DNA of 63,030 bases, counting the filler, from Reclinomonas americana ATCC 50394 (taxonomy: Eukaryota), in NCBI GenBank assembly GCA_048213135.1. It is 7 parts of 3 records of this genome, joined end to end, with 100 filler letters (N's around TTAATTAATTAA, not from the genome) between each part and the next. Parts side by side here need not be neighbours in the genome. Positions count along the whole stretch, not along the records: positions 19,769 to 35,035 come from PS015202.1; positions 35,136 to 52,786 come from PS015202.1; 5 more parts are not named here. The stretch is one strand, 5' to 3'. Numbering within the stretch: position 1 is the first letter of the stretch; every line of letters starts with the position of its first letter. A model generated the notes under the pieces. The model was not told where the DNA came from. It searched no databases and saw nothing but the letters and a program-made list of their open reading frames with translations. Position numbers and translations under genes: made by a program. This document shows, piece after piece, positions 24,239-35,174 of this stretch.

Positions 24239-26463
24239 GGACGCCTTCCTGCGCGTTTCCATGCATCTGCAAGCACGACGCAGTGGAAGCTGTGGCAGTG
24301 TGCGCTGGTTGCAACAGCGCGTGGCACTTGTCAGTCGCTCAGTGCAAAGTTTCCACTGCTGTTGTTCTCTCTTGTTGTGCACTGTTGTGTTGCTCACTGT
24401 GCGTTCATAGCGACGTCGGGTCAAGCAGTCGACTCGTTCTCATCGTCTGCGGTTGGCGCTGGCTCCTCGTCGGCCTCTGCTGTGGAGGCGGTCGAGGAGA
24501 TTGGTGGCGCACAGTGTCTCTTGCGCTATGTTGCGTCCGACGACCTCCTGCCGCAGTTGTCGCATCTCGAATGCTCATCGTGCTGTGACAGTTTGTCGGG
24601 GATCGCCCATCGTTGCACTGGTATGCAGCACACCCATGCTATCGCGCTGCTGAACGCGACTCACTGACTGACTGAATAGGATGGCATGTCTGGCGCCGCT
24701 CGAGGGCACCTTCTTCCTCTTTGAGTTCCTCGGCAGTGAGCATGTGTACCACGAGCAGGAGCGCGACTTGGTGGCGTTTTTCCGCACGGCGACGGTCGAT
24801 GTGGATGTGCTGGCGACGTGTGCGGGAGCGGTGCCGGCGCAGAGTTGCGGAGACACGTTGTTGAGCGCTTGTGTGTGAGTCAGTGATGCTGATACCGTGT
24901 GCGCGACAGTGTCCACGGTGTGTGTCTACTCGTCGGTGGCCGACAAGTTCCAGATTCAAGTGCCGTCGCTGTGGACGGTGAATGCGGAGACTGCGGCTGA
25001 AGCAGGTCCGATTGGCGATGTGTTTGCGTGTGAGGTGCGTTCTTGTCGATCCACATGATTGCGCGCTGCCCACTCACGTTGGTGCAGCTGAGGTCGGGTG
25101 TGGAGATCACGGTCGGCCGCCTGTCGACGACGCTGTCGGACGACTTGCCACCAGGATCGGCTTTGGTTTGTCGATCGGAACCCTTGTGTATCACTCCATT
25201 CCCAAGCCAGCCGACCTCACCTCCCTTCCGACTTTGCATGCAGGATGAGATTGTCATGCAGTGCATGACGGATTTCGAGGGCTTCGAGTTCCGACATGCA
25301 GAGCAGATTGCGTGGTTTGCCGGCCGCCCCGACTCGTACTATATCACCGGAGCGCTGGTACGGGAGATTACGTGCTCGTGAGATTGTTGTCACGCTGACC
25401 TTGGAATGGATCCACAGATCCCCGGCAAGACGCTGTCGTTGTGGTGCACGCTGCGAGGGTGGGGTGCGTTGTGGTATGTTGCGTACTCGGCGCACATTGC
25501 GTACTTTGAAGAATTTGCGCCGATCGCCGAGGCCGCGGCCATGTCATTCGCGTTCCTGGACGACGATGGTTGGCTCGCTTCCAACTGATTTGTGTTTTTT
25601 GTGCGAGCGACTCACCTTCACCGCAGCCTCACGACCCATCAAGTACGAGAGAAAGGTCGCGCCCGCCTTCGCTCTCTCCGTTCCCGATGGCTTCACGGTG
25701 CTGGAGGCTGGCAGTGGTCTCCTCGGCATGGATGAGGACGACGACGATGGTGCCGATGACCTCGCTAGGATGGCTGTTGCGTGCACTCGTCTTCCCCCCT
25801 CTTCAGTCACGCCGTTCGTTCACCGCACTGCAGGATCCGTGCCACCTGGTCTCCTTTGTCGGCAACCCGCTGCTGCCATCTGCTGGCGTCATCTCGGTGC
25901 GTGTGTTTGTGCTGGCTGTGCGTGGTTATTTGTTGCTCAATCGTGATGCACCACAGGTGTCGCAAATTCTGCTGTTGGACGGCACGGTGCCGGCGGCAGG
26001 CGACGATCGTGTGACATCTGCAATGAATGTGGCGGCCAGACACGTGTCGCAGCAAGGTGGCGTGCGTGAGGTGGCGCGCGTGGCTGCGTCGGAGATTCGC
26101 GGTTTTGATTTTGAGGTTTCGTCTGCTTGGTGATGGCGGTGATGGACTTCGTTGCTCATGGTTCACCCGCAGCTCAAGTTTGCCAGTGCCCCCCATCACT
26201 CGACGCTTGTGCTGGTGAGCTTCTTTTGCACCAGAAATGCAGACGTGTACTCGGACCTCACGCTTCTCATTTTCCGCTCAGGGAGCACTCTCCGGCGATC
26301 GCACGACACTGATGCTCGTACAGTACTCGGCAGAAGAAGTTGTGTGCATCTCTCTCTTTGTGCTGGAGTCCCGTCGTGAACTCACTCCCTTCCTTGCAGA
26401 GCGCCCAAATGCTCAGCGAAGACGCGATAAGAGAACAGTCGCTGAGCACGTTTGCTTGGAGTG
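24239..26463 (+). CDS. Multi-exon hypothetical protein with possible tandem PsbP/Mog1-like domains
   Basis: About 12 exons join in frame; repeated FQIQVPSLW / FALSVPDGF starts and a WYVAYSA..FEEFAPIAEAAAMSFAF end resemble PsbP-like folds (inference). Confidence 0.55.
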
Positions 26464-26535
26464 AATAATAACAATGCATTAGTTCTTCTTCTTCTTCTTG
26501 GTTGCCTTCAAAACACTGTGCAGACAGCTAGCTCC

Positions 26536-29096
26536 TCACAGCTCAGCAGCCGGGGCTGCAGCTGCATCCGACGCTGCACCACTGCCTTCTGCCACACTTG
26601 CAACCATCACCACGCCCGACTGTGCGCCATCAGTCCTGGAGATGGTCACGGAGGAGGCCGCCGCAGCTGAGGCGCTGCCGGCGTCCACCGAGAGCGCCAC
26701 CATGCTCTCATCGGTCACCTGCGTCACGCCCACAACCACCACTGGCGGTTCGCCAGCGGCCACAGCCTCCGCCTCCCCCGCAGCCACGGCTGCCGCATCG
26801 TCGGAGCGCCACTCTTCCAACACAAAGGTCTCACCGTGGCGGGTCTACGACGGGACGCCCAAACATCAATGTCGGCGCGCACTCGCACGTGGGGTGACTT
26901 GCGGTGCAACACGCAACTGTGATGAAAGCGTCCTCCGCCAAGCCGTACGCTGCCGCCGCCTCGCGCACCTTGATCGGCGGCTCGTGGGTGTCCTCCAGCG
27001 AGAGATTGAAGGTGCCCCAGTGGATGCCCAGTGATCGTCGAGCACGGAGATCAATGTGCATGCGCACGGCCTCCTCCGGATCGACGTGCTGCGGCGCAAG
27101 GAAGCTATGTCACACAAAGTCTGTGAGTCGACACTATGGATGGAGCACGAGAGGGGGGCGACGCGAAACTGCCGCGGGCAATACGCTCCGATCGGAATGA
27201 GGGCCAGATCGAACGGGCCAAAGCGGTCGCCGACTGTGACAACGTCATTCAGCATACAGGGAGGCCACCACACACAAAACAAAGAAAGCGACGCTCAACT
27301 GTGCTTGAATTCGGAGCAGTAGCCAGTGTCGCCGGCAAAGTACATGCGCAGAGAGGGCCAGTCGGGCAGCTGTGGAGGGATGTTCAGCGCGGCGCTGGAA
27401 TCGCTTTGACCGCCAGTGTTTCTCGACACTGCGCGGCAGGGTGAGACACATGGTGCGAGGCGAATGCAACAAGGGTTCACGCACACGTCGGAGCGGCCAC
27501 CAGTCCGAAACCGTCAATGCCATGTGGAATACGCACGACCCAGCCTGCGCAGGGTGGGGGAAAGTGAGCTCCAAGAAGACAGATCAACGTGTTGCGTAAT
27601 ACGCACCACTCCACAGTGTCTTGTCCTTGTCGCGCTGTGAGAGACAGCATTGATGAGGNNNNNNNNNNNNNNNNNNNNNTCGTCGTCGTCGTCGTCGTCG
27701 TCGTCGGGGGGGGGGGGGGGGGGCGAGGACACCACAATCTGCGCACGTACCAGTCCGCGTCGACTCCAATGCTGCGCCGGCACGCACACAATCTCGACCG
27801 GGAAATGGCTCTCGTCAATGGTCTCGGGCACGATGATGTGACTCTCGTACCAGCCAAGCTCGATAATGCTAAGAGCAGGAGTATATCAGCAGCTGTATTC
27901 ATCACACTCTACGGAGAAAGAGACACACCGTTGCTGCAATGCAGAATCGCAGTGAGTGCGGGGCGAGCATGGGCGACGACGACAAGTCTCCAATCCTCAC
28001 CTTCTCGACTCCGCAGTCGGCAATGACTGCGCCGAGCTTCAGCGGCACAAAATACAACGGCTTGTGGTGCTCCTCGATCACGCGAATCGACTTGGTGTCC
28101 AAGTGGTCGTAGTGGTTGTGCGAGATGCACACGGCGTGTACTGGCGGCAGATCGGCAATCTCCACCGGTGGCAACACGTAACGCTTCGGACCCTGTCACC
28201 ATTCGATGAGCATAACAAGCAGCTCGATGCACCAAAGCAAGAGGAGGGGGAGGCACGCAACAAACATCTGCGACGGCGACGCACGCATGCTCCACACTGC
28301 AACGGTCTACATAAGCAACTCGAAACCGAAATCACGAAAGAAAGAGAGAGAGAGAGAGCGCACCAGGATCCGTGAGAATGCTAAAGCCAGCCATCTGCAC
28401 AAATGCGGTCGCATGCCCGATCCAGGTGCACTGTATACACAGACAGCGACACACACGTGTCATGATCTCCGCGTCATGCTCGCACGCGCGCAAACTCCGC
28501 GGCGAGTGACCGACAGACCTGCACCCCGCGAAGTGGCGGACTCTCCAGCTGCATCGAGTCGATCTCCGCCACCGAGTGATGCCTCTCAATGTGCTCCTCC
28601 GACGGGTTCCGACGAAACACAAACTGTGTGTGTGGAGAGTGAATGAGCAGATGGCGCGAGAAAAGGCAGAAAGAGAGGCACAAAGACACACCTTGGTCAT
28701 GGTGCCCAGCTGCACAACACACAGACACGCACACATATGTGAGTTGTGAGGGCACGCACGCAGTGTCGACGAGTGAGTTACGAAACGTTCTTCAAGATCT
28801 GCACATCGCGCCACTGTGTGCCACGAACAGAGAGTCAATAAACGCAACAAAAGCTCACTCTCTTTTCCACTCACACACACACACCGTTGGCCACGGGTTC
28901 ACAAAGTGCACTCCCGATGGCTTTGTGTAAGACTCGCGACCTGTGCCCAGAGTGTCAGCAACACACACAAAGACACTCACTCACACAGAGAGAACATGCC
29001 TGTGATTGGCGACCGCAGAACCTGCTCGGGATCAAAGCCCACCAGTTGCTCAATGGCAAAACCAGCACTCTGACCTGAACCAGTCGCGCTCTGCAT
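26536..29096 (-). CDS. NAPEPLD: N-acyl-phosphatidylethanolamine phospholipase D (metallo-beta-lactamase fold)
   Basis: FVNPW, TWIGHAT, LTDPVWSMRASP, ISHNHYDHLD, PAQHWSRR, YFAGDTGY, GPFDLALIPIGAY, QHVDPEEAV, GIHWGTF. Confidence 0.93.
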
Positions 29097-29175
29097 TGCA
29101 AAAAGAAGAAGATGAGAGTGAGATCCGGCATGAAAATCTGTCATGCTCTTGTCGTGTTTGTGTGTTTTCGCGCCC

Positions 29176-30727
29176 ATGGACGACGACGATGATGGGGATG
29201 AGGTGATGAGTGGTGGAGGAGAGATCGATGGTGATTATGAAGAGGAAGAGGTGATGAGTGGAGCGGGAAGTGCGCCTGCAGGTGAGCAGTCGCGCAACAC
29301 GTTGCATTCTCCACGTGCTCATTCTCTGGCAGGCGATGAGCTGAGTGTGCACAGTGGTCCTGTGGATGCTGCTGCTGCTGATGATAATGAGGTGATGTGG
29401 AGCAAGACATTGTCACCGCGCAGACGGCGACGGAGACGGAAGACGGCGGCGAAAGTTGCGTGCATGCATGTCGGAGGAGTGGAGGTGTGATCATCTCATG
29501 CGCATGTCTACAGGCAGTGGTGATTGTGACGCCGATGGGTGACGCAGAGAGGCCACGAGTGGCGCCACCACCACCACCACCGCCGCCTCCTCCTCCTGCT
29601 GCTCCCCCTCTGCAGCCAGTGACTCGTGAAGAATACGAACGCAGTTGCGCGTTTCACGTGCGTGTGGCATGCATGCAACGCCCGCTGGTGCTCACTGTGA
29701 TTGCTCGCAAGTGGTCGCGGCGCTGCCGGCCTCCACGCGGGCGCGATGGAAACCGCTGCCGGAGAAGACGCAGCGATCGGTGCTGGCCGATGTGCGCAAG
29801 ACGTGCTTGCCGTTGCGTCTTTTCTCCGTCGTGGTGTCGTCTTGTGCAGGTGCCGATTTCCCTTCGCTTGTGCACAGGCATGTGCTGTCGCGGGTGGCCG
29901 TGCCGCGTCGTCGCAAGGCCAGGGAGGCCTCGGAGCGCATCTTGACGCGCTTTGCACGCTCCATGGCCAGCATGCTGGTGGCGCCGCGACCGAGTGGCTT
30001 TGACTACTCCTCGGCTCGAGCAAAGATGGTGTGTATGTGTGAGTCTCGATTCTTGCAGCGCAGCGCTAACACGGGTGTGGATGGATGCAGGCGGCCATGA
30101 CAGCCACTCTGGGCGAGAGTGCCGTCGAGTTGCAGGCGCTGCGTGCGGCGGTGGAGAGCGAGCAGCTGGCGGTGGAGGAGACGGCGGAGAATCTGCGCCA
30201 GTATGCGGCCTCCATGGCGCGGTGGGAGTGCCCGCCGGCCAGGACTGAGGTCTGCTGTTGGCAACAACGAGCGTCCACCACTTCTTCTTCTTCTGACAAG
30301 GCCAGCGTGGCACAGATGCATGCCGTGGTGCGTGAGAGCAACATGCAGGAACTGTTTGAGCGCGCCAAGTCGGTGCCGAGGAGTGCACTCGACTCGGGTG
30401 GTTACAGAGTTGAGGACACTCCAATTACTCCTTGGTAGATTTGACCATGTGCACTCACTTGCCAAGTGGCGTGCAGGAATCGGACGACGAAGAACTGCAG
30501 GAGCTGCGACAGTCACTCGTCTCCTCCTTGCGGTGCCTGGAGGCTGCCATGCTACCGTGCGTCGCCTCTTTGCTCCCTTCCTCCGCTATTCTCTCCCAGC
30601 TCACGTCGCCCGCAGAATGGTGCCTGTGCTGCACGCGCTCGAGGAGCGCCTGGCGGGCACGGACGAACAGCTGGTGGACATTGAGGCGGGCGAGGACGGT
30701 GGGGGCGATCAAGACAGCGAGACATGA
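29176..30727 (+). CDS. CENP-Q/Okp1-like coiled-coil protein (tentative)
   Basis: Acidic N-tail, WKPLPEKTQ, LVAPR..FDY followed by a long coiled coil, C-terminal DDEELQELRQSLVSSL helix. Confidence 0.5.
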
Positions 30728-30751
30728 AAGTAATGCAAAAGTGTACACTGC

Positions 30752-31670
30752 TCAGTTCTCGCCGGCCTCCCACACCTCGCGAATGGCCTCGGCATTCGCC
30801 TCGCCCATCCAGTCGCCCTGGTCGGGGCGTGCCAGCTCCGGTGGAATGGAGCGACGTCCGCCCACGCGCAGCAGCGCCTTGACCACGCGCGCCTCGGGAT
30901 CACTAGTCACTTCCTCCGACATGACGGCGGCGAGGAGCGGCCACTGCCCCATGCGCTCGTCGTCGTCTTCACTGCGATTGCGGAGGGCGTCGGGCGGCAC
31001 CACATTCTCCGCCGTGGCGATCACCTCGATAATCTGCACTGCACTTGCCGCCTCGGCCTCGTCCAGGCAGAAGCCACTGATGGCCGCCAGCAGCGGCGTG
31101 TTGTTGAGCGGCGTCCGGTAGTCGCGGTTGGCGCCGAGTGCCAGCAGCCGGCGCACAATGACCACGTGCCCGGCACAGGCCGCTCGCATCAGTGGCGTCC
31201 AGAACAGCGTCTCCAGGTTGGTCTCTGGCTCGTAGGTGACGCCCGTCGGGTACAGCTCGTTGGGCGGACCCTCCTCCTCGCCCGACGCGTCCAGCTCGCT
31301 CTCCGGGTAGGGCTCGTTGACGCCGCCGACCACATGCCCAATGTTATCCAGTGGCTCCTCGTAGCACTTTTGCACTGCCGCGAAGGCTTCGCGAGGCAGC
31401 ATGGTGCAGTCGACCGGCACATTCTGTGTCTGCACGTGGATGTTAGTGTGGGAAGCAAGAACGGGCACAACGTGATGTACGCACCACAACGAGGGCGTTG
31501 ACTTGCGCCAGGTCGTTTCGCAGCACGGCACGGTGCAGCAGAATGGCATTGCGATTGGCAAATCGCTGTGCACACACAAGAGTCATCAGGCATGCACATG
31601 CACATTCATCGTTACTCTCTCACACCTGCACGATCTCCATGAGGATCTCTTCGGAATCAGGGCCCTCCAT
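30752..31670 (-). CDS. Ankyrin-repeat protein, 3 exons
   Basis: LLHRAVLRNDLAQVNAL, TPLMRAACAGHVVIVRRLLALGANRD, TPLLAAI. Confidence 0.8.
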
Positions 31671-31794
31671 TCTCGCTACTCTCTCTTCTCTCTCTCACAC
31701 AAGCAAGAAAAACGATGTTGTCGACATCGACCCCAATGCACTGACAATGTCGATGTCGACTGCATGTTTTTCTTCACTGATGCCCCCAAGTCGA

Positions 31795-33427
31795 TCACAA
31801 CCGTAGATTACGAAGCGCCGTTACCGGCCGATTTAGTGTGGGTGGGATCGGCAGCAGCCAGCACAGGATGCAGTCGGAGCCAAGCACGGAGCGGTAGTTG
31901 CGCATAAAGCCGACGTTGTACTGGTGCGCGGCCCAGGTGCGTCGATAGCCGGTGGCGTCGGTGTCGTTGGCCGACTTCATCGCCAGCGCGTCAATGGTGG
32001 TGACATTGTAGGCCAGCATGCACAGGTGCCGGATGAAAAAGTATGTCAGCAGCGAGCACAGAGCCAGCGTCAACACGCTGGCCACCACCAGATGCACGGC
32101 CTGGAATACATCGGGCAGTTCGTCGGTGCTGACGGCTCGTGTCTGCGCACACCAGTGTGAGTCGAACAGGAGAGGTACCCGCAGTCACAGGTGCCTGACA
32201 CCGACACTGACCAGCATGGACAGGGTGTCGAGTGTCACCGGCAGCATGGTGCCGCCCATCCACCCACACAGCAACGCCGTGTACAGCACGGTGAGCAGGA
32301 AAAACTTGTGATTGCGCAAGCCGATGCACTGCCCGACCCACATGCAGTGGTGATCCATGCGCAGAATGCACACGTCGCACGTGGAGCAGTGGTGGGTGCG
32401 ATCGGGTTTGATCTCGTGGCAGCGAAGGCACACTTTCGGGTCGAACAGCACGCCCAACAAGCTGCTGACGAATGGCAGCACATCGTTTTGTGCCTTGTTG
32501 TTGCCACCACTCTGTCCGGGCAGCAGCGGGGAGGAAGCGGCGGCCGCGCCGTCACTTGCCGACAGGGCTCCACTTGGCGGCCGTTTTCTAGCATGCGGCG
32601 GAGAAAAGTCAGAGTCGCGATACCCTTGTCTCCAGCTCTGCACGCGCGCACGCACCTGGGTGCTTGTGGACGATCATTTGTCGGATGCACTGGTCGGCCC
32701 GGCGACACCAGTGCCGCCATCCAGTACGACCACTCGAACAGCAGCAAAATGACACCGCCGACAGAGATGCGCACAATGCACCATGCCTGCTCGCACCCAC
32801 GAAAGAGAGAGAAATAGGTGACGGCAGTGCGGGGAAACAGCAAGGGGCACTCACTCGGAGGAGGCGCGTGCTCGGAAATGATTGAGTTCGACATGTCGTG
32901 CGCGCGAAAAATACACACACACAGACACACACAGGGACACGTGCACTCTCTCTCAGTGTGTGGAGGGCGATGATGACGATGATTGTGATGCGCGCGCACA
33001 TCCACTCGGAGAGAGAGAGAGCGAGGCGAATCACCATCAATCATCTTGCTTTCGCGCGCCAAAATCCTTGTTTTCCGCGCCATGACTGAATCTCGGCCTT
33101 GTTTCTTTCCTCTCTTCTCCCCCACCCTCTCCCACCCCCTACCCCCACCCCTCGTTACCATCAGTGGCAGTGCCGGTCGAGGATCGCCCACCTCGTGCAC
33201 CAAGTGTGGCAACACGGTGTACATGACATAGACGCACACGCCGTACAGCAGCACCAGGTGGGCCAGACACATGCCGAGCACGTTGATCGTCGACTGCCTC
33301 CGTGGTCTGTGTCGCAAGAGGGCGACAGAAAGCGTGCAGCAGGAGTGAGAGAGACGAAAAAGAGAGAGGAAGATCACAATGCCGACAATCACCGTGGAGG
33401 CAGTAGACCAAGTGGCCGGTGACCCAT
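31795..33427 (-). CDS. DHHC palmitoyltransferase (paralogue 1)
   Basis: CLRCHEIKPDRTHHCSTCDVCILRMDHHCMWVGQCIGLRNHKFF; NVTTID; YNVGFMRNYRSVLG. Confidence 0.92.
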
Positions 33428-33551
33428 GAGCGGAACTCACGCACACAACAACTCTCCACACAACGCCCACTCCCGACAGACGCACACACACAGCCAGAAG
33501 CAACACCGCCGACGCGGGACAAACCACATACCGGGGATGGTGCCATTTACT

Positions 33552-34929
33552 TCAAGATGGCACATCCAAGTGGCGAGGCAGCGCGTCAGCAGTCGCCGGC
33601 AGCCCTGGTGGCACCACCAGAAGCCACGTCCAGTACCGCGAACCAAACACCTGCTTGTAGTTCTCCACCCACGACCTCGGCGGCTGGCAATCCCACGAGC
33701 GCCTTCGGCCGTCGGACTCACCCGCCTCGCGCAAGCGATTCATCTCACCGGTCGTGAGATCGTGCGCCAGCATGTGCAAGTGTCGGCGCAGGAACATGCA
33801 CACCACGCACGCCAGAGACAGCGTGAGGAGTTCCACCAGCAGCACGTTCACCAGGCGACCCGGATTAATAAGTCGCCGGTGACGGCTGACACGCTGCGTT
33901 CGGCGCGTGAGATGAGACACAGATGCTCATACATACACACTGTGTCGACTCACCTGCCCGTGCAGCACATCGACCAAGTCCGGCAGCAGCGTCACCGCCA
34001 TCCACACCGTGGTCACTTGCACGTAAAACACCAGCAGCACAAAGTACTTGTGGTTGAACAGGCCGACACAGTTGCCGATCCAGAAGCAGTGGTGATCGTA
34101 GCGCACACTGCACACGTCACAGTGTCGACAGTGATGTGTGCGCGCACGCTTGATCTCGTGGCAGCGCACACACAGCGTGCTGATCGGCTGCCCGTTCATC
34201 ATCTTTTTGTGAAAGTGCTCGGCCAGCTTGCAATCGTCAAGCAGCACATCGTGCAGCTGCTCCATGCGCTCCACCACTGTCGATCCTGCCGTCTCCTTGG
34301 CTGCGCCCACCTCCGCATCCAGCACCGCCAGCGGCTCGCCCGGCAACATGTTGCGCACCTTGGCATACGCGCGATCCAGCGTGCTGATCAAGTCAAAATG
34401 CGGCGGTCTCCCCGGCGACATCCACGCCGACATGACATACGCCAGCTCAAGCGATCCCACCAGCAGCACCGTGATCACCGAGCGCGCAATCGTCCATCCC
34501 TGCCTCACCACGACCACATGAGGAGACAGCAACATGAGTAAGGGAGGAAAGACGATGTGGTTGGCCGCAACTCTCCACGTCGTGCTCGGATGCGCGTACC
34601 ACGACGGAATGATGCCCTCCACCACATACACCACTGTGCAGTACACAATCGCCGCCTGTGCCAGTGACATGAAGGCCACGTTTTGCAGCGGGAACAGGCG
34701 CTCTCTGCAGACACCAGACACCAGTCAGTGTCTCTTCCTCTTTCTCACACTCTCAGTTGTCTTACCGCTGCGGGAGGAGGCCTATTGGAGGATACGAGCT
34801 CGGCCTCGGCTTCTTCTTGTGCTCCTTCTCATCGTCGTCGTCGGCGTCTCCACCGCCCTTCATCTGGCGAAAGATATCACGATATCCGCGAGCCGCGTCT
34901 GTCCATTGTCTTCTGTCCATAGTCGACAT
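33552..34929 (-). CDS. DHHC palmitoyltransferase (paralogue 2)
   Basis: CVRCHEIKRARTHHCRHCDVCSVRYDHHCFWIGNCVGLFNHKYF; DLTTGE; ENYKQVFG. Confidence 0.92.
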
Positions 34930-35174
34930 CGACTCAAACAACGAATGGGTGAGTGACAACACGCGCCACTCTGTGTTGTCTCTCACTCACGCGCGCGCTC
35001 TCTTTTGTCTCTCCTGCTCTGTATGTGTGTGTCTCNNNNNNNNNNNNNNNNNNNNNNNNNNNNNNNNNNNNNNNNNNNNTTAATTAATTAANNNNNNNNN
35101 NNNNNNNNNNNNNNNNNNNNNNNNNNNNNNNNNNNTCTCTCTGTTGGTGCTCATGTGTGTGTGAATGCACGCAG

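Noticed and set aside
22827-24667. Long ORFs through N gaps and microsatellites (also 8171-9632, 55177-56618)
   Set aside because: Artefacts of N runs and simple repeats.
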